Assembly: GCF_037042905.1 (NCBI RefSeq) | Contig: NC_087251.1 | Coordinates: 46,130,001 to 46,194,000, forward strand | Source: Lytechinus pictus | Taxonomy: Eukaryota | Length of the DNA: 64,000 nucleotides | Reading direction: 5' to 3' | Shown here: positions 13,971 through 25,900 of the stretch, piece after piece | Numbering within the stretch: position 1 is the first letter of the stretch | How the letters are laid out: each line of letters begins with the position of its first letter | The notes under the pieces: generated by a model | What the model was told of the DNA's origin: nothing | Database searches by the model: none | What the model saw: the letters and a program-made list of their open reading frames with translations, nothing else | Position numbers and translations under genes: made by a program

Positions 13971-16900
13971 ATGTCTGCAGGAGGAGGAGGAGGAAGCAAA
14001 CGCAAAAGTGGACGAAGGAGAAATAAACCAACAACATGCAAGGACAGTTGTGAAAATGCAGATGAAGATCTAATTCAACTTGAATGTCAAGAACAAGAGG
14101 ACTCTCCAGGAACCTCACGTGAAGGCAATGCAGGGTCATCGACTGACAAGCCCAGCAGAGATCAATCATCAAGAGACCTTTCGTCTTCCAAATTTCCATC
14201 TTATTCCAAGAGAAAAGGCAAAATCAGATTAAAAGGCAAAAGCAGTTGCAGGGATGCAGATGACAATGTCAGCCAACCAAAATCTTGGCAACATGAAGAT
14301 TCTCTGACAACTTCTGCCACAGTGTCGTCAACTCCCAACCTCGGCACTGATCAGTCAACAAGAGACTTATCATCTTCAAACTTTCCTTCGTTTTCCAAGA
14401 AGAGAAAGAAAGGCCGGTCAAGAAAAGCCTCACAACATGCCAACTCTCAACCTGATCCAAATTCTTCACAGCAAAATGGACAATGCCCAAGAACCATTTT
14501 CAAGAATTCACAAAGTGTCGGGAATTTGGAGGTGTTGCATCTGGGCAATGCTGCCACAACCTCAACTTCCGGGACGAGTGGTAGTCCAGACGATGGAGGT
14601 GTTCAGGCAGATAGCCCAAATATTAAAAAGAAAGTGGCAGATATCCTTTGTTTTCAAATTATTTATTTCAGTAAATATTGTTGAAATTACTTTCTGATCT
14701 AGATTTTTTTGTTTGTTTCTCCCTTCATATGCATTATGTGTTGCTTGTATTGAAACCCCACACCTTATAATGGGCCTATAGTCCCTATAGAAAGACAACA
14801 TTTTAATAAAAGTGTTTTACAATAGTGCTTTTAAACCTTCTTAATAGTGGCTTTGGATATTTTTGCCCCCCCACCCCAGAAATTGTTGGTTCTGCATCTA
14901 ACATTTAAACAGATCTAAATTGAATAGTTCATATAAATTCTTCGAAGTGTCATTCTACTTAAATTCAATGAAGTGTAAATTTCAAGACAGAAAAAAATGA
15001 TTCCACTCATGAAATACACATTGGCTTGGAAAACAAATATCGTCATCTGGCTTTTTCTTATTTTGAGAATAATGGAATCAGGGCCCCGTTGAAGAAAAGG
15101 TACTATACTTTGCCATTGGATGGTAACTTCCCTGAAAATTTTGATTAGCTGTTTTGCATTGTTACCATGGTATTTACCATTTGATGGAAAAGTTACTATA
15201 ATAGTAACTTTTATGCAACGGTGCCCTGGTCACCAAACAATTGTAGAATGGGAAAAAATTACTCAGGGGCTCAGCTTGGGGAATCAATTTTGCCCCTGAA
15301 ACGTAAAAAAAAAGCTGTGGAAATTAAAAAAGGGCCCCAGGAAATTCCAATTCACTACAATGTAAAATATTATCAATTAGGCTGCTTTTTAGGCGGTAGA
15401 TAGTTCCTCCTTCCTTGACATAAATAACACAGATACCAGGGTTTTACTACGATGAAGAGAAGAAGAGATACTTCCGCATTCTTCCTGGCCACAGCGGTGG
15501 TAACGTTGTGACTTCTGAGACCATTCGTCAGAAAGCAGCCGAGAAGAAACGTCAATGTTACTTTGATAAAAGATATTTACCGGTAATTAAGGGATCCTTA
15601 CGAAAGGTAATGATACAGAACTTCTAGGTGAATATTTCATGAAGATTTTGTCTGTGATTTTACTACGTCACGGACACCTTGCAGCTGATCGGCAAAGAGC
15701 AAATTTTCTAAAAATGGGGAAAGATCACTTGAAATAAGACATTTAATTTTTTTTACCCAATTGTATCATATGACATTTCAATTGTTCTTTATTATTATCA
15801 TTATTATTGTTATCATTGGACAAATTTAAAGCAATTTTTACCTTATTGTTTGCGAAATACATTGTAATTGACCTACATGTAGCTGCAGACACAATTCTCA
15901 TTTTATTTCACTGGCTTCTTCATCTGTGGAAAAGTAATTCCATGTTTTGGGGCTAAAGGCATTCATATTGTTTTGTTTTGGATTGCAAGCCCTGACCTTG
16001 GTTGTTCAGAAAATTATGGGAAGTATATTTAATCTGTTGTTTATGTTTTTCTCTTTTTCCAGCAAATTATGGGATGAAGATTTAATCTATTAATGTTTCT
16101 CTTTATTCTAATTTATGGGAAGTAAATTTAATCTGTTCATGTTTCTCTTTGTCCTCATCACAAACTTGATCATAGGTGCCAACTATTAAAGTGGTGAAAT
16201 CTCTAGTTAAACTGCAGGAGAACAGAAGGAGAGGGAATTGTAGATCTTCTTACTTCAAGAGGTATGTAAGATAATCAAAGTTTTTAGATGATTTGTATTG
16301 GTACAAATTGATTAATGCAAGAATAAGAAACCCTGAAAAAGTAGCAAATGCTTCAAATCATAAGATTTTGCCAAAATGATGGGTGCTTGAATTTGTTACT
16401 GGTACCCGGAAATGAATGTCAGTGTAAATTCAGACAAGGGTTCTAATGTGCAGGCGTCGTGGTGTAGCAGTTCAGACTCTCGACTCTTAATCAAAGGGTC
16501 ATTTGTTCAAATCCCACCACCGCCTAGCATCCTTTGGCAAGGCATCAATCCACAATTTGCCACTTTCCACCCAGGTGTTAAATGGGTACCATGTAGGATG
16601 CAAAAAACCCATGTATTATGCCTAGCAATCGAGTCTAGGAACTCCTGCTGAAATGCTCCCAATGGAGTGGAGAAAGTGCATACATTGTGTGGGCATGCCT
16701 GGAACTGATGACCGCTGTAATAATATAACTTTAAAGCACCCAGAGATGCCGTTCGAATGTATGAAGCACTATATCGTTAAAAGCTGCATGGTGTTATTTT
16801 AAAGGACAAGTCCACCCCAATAAAAAGTTTATTTGAATAAAAAGAGAAAAATCCAAAAAGCACAACACTGAAAATTTCATTAAAATCGGATGTAAAATAA

Positions 16901-19900
16901 GAAAGTTATGACATTTTAAAGTTTTGCTTAATGTCACAAAACAGTTATATGCACATCCTGGTCGGTATGCAAATGTGGAGACTGATGACATCATCCACTC
17001 ACTATTTCTTTTGTATGTTATGAATTATTCTAATTTTCTTCTCATTATCAAGTGAAACAACATTAATTCCTTCCTGAACATGTGGAATTGGCATTGTTTA
17101 ATACTATGGTTCAGTCAAGTTGGTCCTTATTGTCAAATCTGTAAAAAATGAAATATTGTATAATTCAAACAATAAAAAACGAAAGAAATAGTGAGTGAGG
17201 GACATCATCGACTGTCTCATTAGCATGTCACTGAGTTGTGCATATCACTATTTTGTAAAAAATAAGCGAAACTTTAAAATTCCATAACTTTCTTATTTTA
17301 TCTCCGATTTTGATGAAATTTTCGGTGATATGCTAGTTTGATTTTCCTTTATTTATTTAAATCTACATTTTTCCTTTGATTATCTAGATTTGGGTTGTGA
17401 GGATTATTGAAATTCAAATATATATTTGTGTTTGTGTCTTCCAGAGTGGCCCATGAGAATGCTGTAAGGCAGATGGAGATAAAACCAAGCAGTCGGGTGT
17501 GTCCATTTCCTGATCAGTATTTCAGTGGTTCATCGGGATACATCAGTAAATTTGAGGTATTTTAAAAGAATCTTTAGACCTGAATAGCTTCCCAAAGTAA
17601 AAATGAAATCTCTATTGTTTTCACCAAATTTTGCACGATTACCTTGGTCCATGTTGAGACTCGATATGAAAAAAAAAATTCTTCATACAGGATATTGAAA
17701 TTTTTGCCAAATTGCGGTGACATTGATTCCAATATGAACATGGTCAGACTCTCATATCTACTTTTCTTTAAACCCTTATATGAACATTTCAATAATTTCT
17801 GAGAGGAGGAAAGTGTTTTGAATTTGTTGATTCATGACTATTATTGATATTATCAAACCTACAGTTGGATAGCAGGCAGAAGCATGTTCTCATGGTGTTT
17901 TCTGACAACTATTTAAGCAGGTAAAATGAATTCTTATTCTTTTAAATATCTTTACAAAGACTACTATATAGGCCTACATTAGGACAGGTCAAATTTCCTG
18001 TTGTATATTTCATGTGTAATCTACTAGAAGGGAATGCCAATTCCTGTAATTAATCTGCAACACAGGAATTCGTTGGGTGCTTGTCAATTTCATCCTTTAA
18101 TTATCATGTTTACACACTGCCCTTGCGAGTCTGCCCCGCGAGCCGGGGCAGACTCGCCTTTTTTATGTGTGTAAATGCGATTACCGTGTCCGGGCTTCAT
18201 TTTTTTGTTCAATCTAGAAATGTCTGGTCAATTTTTTTTTTCCAAGAAAATCATTTATTTCTCTCAATCTTTTATGAAATTTTTTGGCACACATGCTCAT
18301 AAGAATATAAGGAACATTATGAATTGAAAATTTGTGTGGAATTTAAGAAATTCATGTTTAATCTTTATTATCTTAAGTTAATTGTTTAGAGAATTGTGTT
18401 TATGTCACTCTAGTATTATCTAACTGATAACAAAGCAGGTAACTTTGTGTGCAGTTGGACAGAACTAAAAGATACATAATTGTTTAGTCTCAATCTTTTC
18501 ATTCAATAAATGTCCATAATTGCATTCCTTTTATTAAAAACCACAAATGAGATAGTGCTCATACACTTAATGATTAATATTTCTATTCATCTTGAATGAT
18601 GGATTATCTATGTTATTGTAAATGTGATTTTTATTATTATTCATACTCTGTACGTGCTATGGTACTTCTTGCTTTGAGCACCTCCATTTTCATTATTATT
18701 ATTACACTTCTTAATTCATATACAAGCATGTTTGCAGTTATATTGATGAAGCAGCAAAGGATATATCCCTATTGTCAAGATTTCATATTATGTCAAGCCA
18801 GGGTGCTACATAACTTTTTAGAAGCACTTGCCCAGTCGGGCAAGTACATTTTTAAATAGTTGGAATATACTTGCCCAAAAGTCTATTTCACTTGCCCGAA
18901 AAAAATCATTGAAAAAAAAAGTTTTACCTCTCCAAAAGAAAGTTTTGCGGTTTTAAAAACCATTGACCTTTTTCTCTCTTTTGACATGAACTGATCTACT
19001 TTGTTATTGCATTTCTTTTTCCAAAGTGATTTCATCTTGCCTGCCATGACCAAATTAGGGTCAATATATCATATCGGCCCTAATTTTGGTCATTCTACTG
19101 TGAGAATTTGGCTTGCCCAATTCAGGCAAGTAGTTTTGGTCTTTACTGCAAAACACTTGCCTGACTCTAACTTTTACTTGCCCCGGGCAATCGGGCAAGT
19201 GCTTATGTAGCACCCTGTTGTCAAGCATATTGTTTGTTTAATATTCATTGAAAGATTGTGGCAGGGTGAGGTGGTGCGCAGGAGAAGTCCAAAGACCGGT
19301 CAAGAAGAAGTGACCATCGCCAACTGGTCAAAGGTCAACATCTTGAACACACAGAACACCTCAAAGGTAACTTTATGTCTCACCTGCATAGCAGAGTGAG
19401 ACTATAGGCGCCGCTTTTCCGACGGCGACGGCGGCGGCGGCGTCAACACCAAATCTTAACCTGAGGTTAAGTTTTTGAAATGACAGCATAACTTAGAAAG
19501 TATATGGACCTAGTTCATGAAACTTGGCCATAAGGTTAATCAAGTATTACTGAACATCCTGCCTGAGTTTCATGTCACATGACCAAGGTCAAAGGTCATT
19601 TAGGGTCAATGAACTTAGACCATGTTGGGGGAATCAACATCAAAATCTTAACCTAAGGTTAAGTTTTTGAAATGTCATCATAAATTAGAAAATATATGGA
19701 CCTAGTTCATGAAACTTATACATAAGGTTAATCAAGTATCACTGAACATCCTGTGCGAGTTTCAGGTCACATGATCAAGGTCAAAGGTCATGTAAGGTCA
19801 AAGAACTTTGGCCACGTTGGGGGTATTTGTTGAATTGCCATCATATCTCTATAAGTGTATTGGTCTAATTCATAAAACGTGGAAATACGAGTAACCAAGT

Positions 19901-22900
19901 ATCACTGAACATCTTGTGCGAGTTATAGTAGTTTTCAAAATCAGCACTGCTGCTATATTGAATCGCGTGATGCAGGTGAGACGGCCAGAGGCATTCCACT
20001 TGTTTTCCTTACCAAACACTACAACTGGACTCTATATCTAGGCCTTATGATTCTGGTGATTCCAATTATTCAAAACAGAACTAGAAATACATGTATCCAT
20101 TGCATACAAATAAAAAACATTGATGTTTATAATCCTGTCTAATTAAAAGAAGCTTTCAAACCTTCCTGCTCATGTACATTGCAATCAATGCTTATTATCA
20201 ATAACATTGGATTTAATTAAACCTCCCCTATACTGAGTGAGTCAGAAAAAAAATGTCCCATCATTTTGGAGTTGTCTTGTCTGAATTATGAACATTTTAT
20301 CACTGATTTATTGATATGTCTTGAGAGATTTATTCTCCCTGAACAGTCAGTCGGCAAGCCCTCAAAAAGTGGCTTCTTTTATCCAAGTGATATTAATGAC
20401 TAGAGTGTTTTCGCATTGTTAATGAGCTTGGTGCGGACCAAAACACCTCTTTTTATTCAGCCATTGCTGCTCTAAATATTAACAAAATTTCATGTTTTTG
20501 GTATCTTTATACAAAAGAAAAATCATTCTTTCAGGTCATGTGTTTTAAAAAGATGTATTATAGCGGAAACTTTTGATCTAAAACATGAAACAAAATAATT
20601 ATTTTCATGCAACAAAAGTTGTTGTTTTTACCCTTAATTTCTGTTTGAGCACAAGTGATTTTTACATTATGTTAAAGCTGAAGATCTAAGCTTTAATATG
20701 ATATAATTTTTATATGAAGAGGTATTTTAGATGGGTCAGCAGCCAGTTTTCATAGGCCAAGTACATTTAGCAGCTCAAAAACAAGAATACTGCGCTCTGA
20801 TTGGTCATAGAGACCACACACCCATGCAAATTCCAATGTTCCCCACACTGGGCCTCTGAAGGTCACACTCACCATGTGGTAATCTCTTCAAATTACCCAT
20901 GCCTGTTGTTTTGAAAACGTTATTCAGCCAATCATAACTCTAGATTTTCTGCTACTCAGAAATTTCAGAAATCTCGTCTAGCATCTTGATGGAAAAGGCT
21001 GGCTCCTGACCCATCTAAAAGGTGTCACATATCAAGAGTGACATTGTATGAAAGTAGAGAGTTTGAGCTTTCTGATGATATAAATAATGTTTGTGCCCAA
21101 AACACAAAATTTTGCACAATTTGCAAAAGAAAACAGAGGAAGAAAACTCTGTTTGAGGCCTCTTTTCAGGCCTGAAATTCACCTATTTATCAAAATATTT
21201 TATTCAAAAGAAATAACCAGATATAAAAGAGTAACATTTACTCTTCCCTATGGTACAAAAATAATCAATTTTACTCAAGGAGAAAATGGTTAAATTCTTT
21301 CAGAAAAAAGTCTTACGATTTACAAGATTTTGTAGGGATATGAATTCAGCCACGAGAGGACTTGGATAAATCTGGCTCATTTGCTCATTAACATAGGGGC
21401 TTGCAGACTGACTGTGAATATTTTGGTACCATTTTCATGTGGATCATTGCATGCATGACCGACTACGAGACTACCTCTAGAAGGTTGTAGAACATGTTGC
21501 GAAGAGTTGCTGGGTTGCTGGAAGGTTGCGTAAAATAAAACCATGAACATGTGAATATGTGCTATTGGCTACGTATTTGCAGCTCTAATATGGATTAGAT
21601 GTATAATCCAATGAAATTCATGATGATAAATAATTGTAATTTCTATATATTTCTTTTCATCTCTTATATATGTAGGTAACTCATGCAAGCTGGGCTCAAG
21701 TAAGGGAAGGAGAAAACATGTATGCACTGTATCCTTATGACCACCCATCCATAGTTGCTTCATTTTCTTACAATTTGCCACAAGAAAGGGATAGAGAATC
21801 ATTGAATGTAAAAATTGGAGAACAGAGGATGAAATGAAAAGAGGGAGCAAAACCTGTTAAAGGGAAATTCACCCTGACAAAAAGTTTATTGTAAAAATAG
21901 CAGAAAAAATAATAAAAAACATTGGTGAACGTTTGAGGAAAATCCATCAAAGAATAAGAAAGTTATTAGATTTTTAATTTGTTGATTTGTGACACCACAT
22001 GTGAGCATCTCCCCCGTACATTGTGTAGTAAAAAATCAATGAACTGTCAATTTCTCAAAAAAATGAAAACAGTTTTTATTGTACCTTTGGAGTATCAAAA
22101 GACAAATTATTTTACACCTGCTGAAAGAAAGTATCAAGTCATAATGAACAATTATAAAATTGATATTTATGTATTTTATATTACATAACATATGGGGCAT
22201 CTCACGGGTGTCGATCCGCTTGCGCTTTCTATTCATTAGGGGGAGATAGCGCTTTGTATTATTTAGAGAATATTGGATGGCGAAGAAATATTGTACGAGC
22301 TGAAGAACAATATTGGATGAGTCGAGGACAAATCCAATATTGTTCTTCAGCGAGTAACAATATTTCTTCGCATAAATTCGCTATAAATTGGTAGTTTCTT
22401 AACTTAAGTTTTATTCAGATATGCTTTATCTGGTGGATCGTCAAACATAGTTCAACTTGTCAAGTGTCCAACAGATGAAGGTCAGACATCTGTGATGTAT
22501 TTTCAAAAATTTTTTCTTTCTTTCTTTTTTCTTTTTTTCTTCTTTCCTTTCCTTTCCTATCCTGTCCTTTCCTTTTTTTCCCTTTCCTTTCCTTTCCTTT
22601 TCACTTTCTTTCCTTTCCATTTTCTTCCTTTCCCTTCCTTTCCCTTCCTTCCTTCCATAGATTTATTAATTAATTTGTTTTATTTATTAATATATTTTTT
22701 CCCCGGGGGATGTGGGGGGGGGAGTTTGGGCATTCTGTCAAGCATTCAAGCACAGTAGTACTGTGCTGACATCTAATGACCAAAGGAAGCAACTCTGTGG
22801 AATGAGTTTCTTAGTTAATGAGGAAAATATATCATTGCTTTATATGGAAAAGTATAGATATACTTGCTTTGGAAAATGTGGCTATGTAATACCTACTTTT

Positions 22901-25900
22901 TCAAGCATTGTGTAGATCATACAGAAATATCCCCAAATCAAGAGAAAAAAAGATCAATATTTGAAGAAAAAAAAATAAAGGAAAATGTGGGAGGGTTTTT
23001 TTTTATGGGGGCAGGTATCCTCTGGGTGAGCTAAGATCTGAGAGAATCGTTACGTGGGAATCGTATACATTTGTCCTGATAAGGTTAACATTGTCATAAT
23101 ATGGTCAAGAGCACGCTCAAGTTAATCACACAATAGAGGTATCGTGGCTGAGTGGATAGGTCTCTGGACTCTGAACCCTAGGGTCTGGGGTTCAAATCCC
23201 ACCGCAGCATTCATGTTCTTTGGCAAATCATTTATCTACATTTGCCACCCTCCACCAGCTTATCCGGTATTAACAAATTTCTTGAATGCTTGAGTGCGCG
23301 ATCAGGGTAATCGTGCCTAAGCTGGGGTAATAAAAGGCAGTGCATGGAATCATTGTATTAAGCAAAATATAAACGTCACATTTTATTATCATTACCTTGA
23401 AGATGTACTGGTGTAATGTCTTTCATTAATGCTATCTTGTTGTTTTGTTTTGATAGATGGTATTGCACATATAAGTTACAGCTATAAATGTATCTCCAAC
23501 TCTGCATGGACATGTGCCTGGAGTAATAGCCCTACTCTTCCTGCTCATCTAGCTATAGGTAAGTGGAAATATTGGTGGTGATTTTTTACCTGATTGCTAA
23601 GAAAGCATGAATGCTTGTAAGCAAGCAACCAGAGGACCGACGGCTTAAGGTCCTCTCCGAAGCACCTGGTACTGAGGATTAATGCCTTACCAAAGGGCAC
23701 TAGCGCACCAAGTGAGAATCGAACCCGGGTCACCGGAATACAAGTCCCCCGCTCTACCGACTGAGCTATCGCGCCTCCTTAATGAGGAAAATATGTCATT
23801 GTAAATAGATAGAACTATGCTTCTGTTGACATCCCTTCATTTACGCCATTTTGTAGCTGTCTTCAAGGAAGGATGATCAGTGATATCTTTTTGAGTCAGT
23901 AAACCACCCAGTAGTCATTCAGTATACAGCCAGTATTCACGTTTCCAAGAATTGTTATCATAACAAATACAAGGGCTGAAAGCTTCTGATCAAGTTGCTG
24001 TCAATTGCCTGATGGTTAATGGTTTATTTTCAATTGGTCTAATGCCAATTCGTCCAATTACCAACCTGTCTGCTGTCATTTGGTCTACCATTTGGTCTAC
24101 CACTATCCACAGGGTCTAACTGTCATTTCGTCCACTCGCCATTTCGTCTATTATCCAGTTAGTCCAATAGCCATTTAAATTGTAATTGGACGAAGTGAAT
24201 GAAAAGAAAATGGGTATTACTATTAGACCAACTGGTTATTAGACGAAATGGTCATAGACGCACTGGTGATTAGACGAAGCGATTATTGGACCAAATGGTT
24301 ATTGAAACCAAATGTTTGTTAGACGAAATGTTGATGGACGCAATGGCATTAGACTACATGAACGTAGACCATGTGATGAGTGGACGAGTTGGCAATAGAT
24401 GAAGTGGCAATATACCTGGTTAATTTTCCATGGGAATGTTGAAATGAAAATGAAAAAAATGAAAATGAAAATCCATAATTTATTGTTCAAAATAGACATG
24501 AAATGAAATAGTCCGAAAATTTGCTTTGCCCAATTGATCGTGGGCCCGGCAGTCGCTGTGCAGCGCCAGATCGACGAGGCTCTATCCCTTTAATCGTTGA
24601 ACGCCAAACAGGGTAGCAGCAACTCCCATCTTTTAACGTCTTTTGGTCTGACGCGGCCGGGGTTTGAACCCCCGACCTCCCGGTTGTGAGACGGACGCTC
24701 TACCAACTGAGCCAACACACCGGAATGTTAATGACAACACTACAATGCAAGTACCCATTTTAAGGTCACAGATTAGAATCATAGGTCAGTTGAGGTCAAT
24801 GTTTTCTTATAATCCTTATGCATATGACGTCATCTCATAGGAATACAAGTAAATGGAGTTGTCAGAGATGCACCTGTGGCATATCACCAATGCATTCAAG
24901 GCAGTGGCTTCAGCCTCTAAGATGGCGGCATGGTGATGTTAGTGGATAAGGTCTATTACTGGACTTATCGATTTTGTGTAGGGTGTTCATATAAGGTCTA
25001 TTTTACCAATGAAACAAAGGCAAGACCAGTTGGACATGGTTGGCTTCAGTTTTTGCTGGGATGCACTAAAATTTCATTTGAGGTTACGTTCAATTTAACC
25101 TGCCATGTTTAGCCAAGTAGTTTATAGTCTCAAATCCTGGGTAGCAGATGGATTAAGATAGGTCGTATATCAAATTCGTTTAACAAAATCATAATCTTGA
25201 GAGGTCTGAATTGAAATTATTGTCAATTTTCTTCAATTTGTTATCTTCTTCTTTTTGTTTGTTAAAGTGAAGATTTTGTGGACATTCAACCATTTTCATT
25301 GGCAAAGACTAGCCTGCTTAGATATTCTTGATATTTTTAATTGGTCTAACTATGACTAGTGATCATAGATATAATTCTTCAAATTGCATACTACATGGGG
25401 CGTCGTGGTCTTGTGGTTCTGACTCACATCTTTCAGTCATAAGGTCGCCGGATAGAATCCTATCTGTGGCCTGAAATTTACTCACATCTTTCAGTCATAA
25501 GGTCGCCGGATAGAATCCTATCCGTGGCCTGAAGTTTACTCACATTGTGCTGCACTCAACCCCGGTGAGGTTAATTGATACCCGGCAGGATGGAGTTCTT
25601 GAATGCAATGAGCACTAGAAATGGCAGCTTGAGCTAAGACTGTGATAATAGTAATAATCATGTGCCTTTGAATACATTATGGTATTATATAAATGCCTAT
25701 TTTTATTATTATTTTTATTCCTGTGATCAGGATCAAGTCCACATATTTTCCTTGAATTACCTTGCTCTAACAAAAAGCACTAAGTAATTTCAAGTGCAAC
25801 TATGAACTTTATGCTATTAATGCCAGATCATTTTCTTATTAGTTTGGTTATGCCCAAGAGAGCTGTCTTCTGTATGTCATTATTATCATCAGCATCAATA

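Noticed and set aside
14641..14684. ORF-track C-terminus DILCFQIIYFSKYC* of the 237-aa ORF
   Set aside because: It is read-through into the AT-AC intron.
23696..23778. tRNA-like sequences here and at 24650-24723, 26745-26820 and 59025-59095 as tRNA genes
   Set aside because: The acceptor stems do not close, there is no oligo-T terminator, and each runs into an interspersed repeat body. These are SINE heads.
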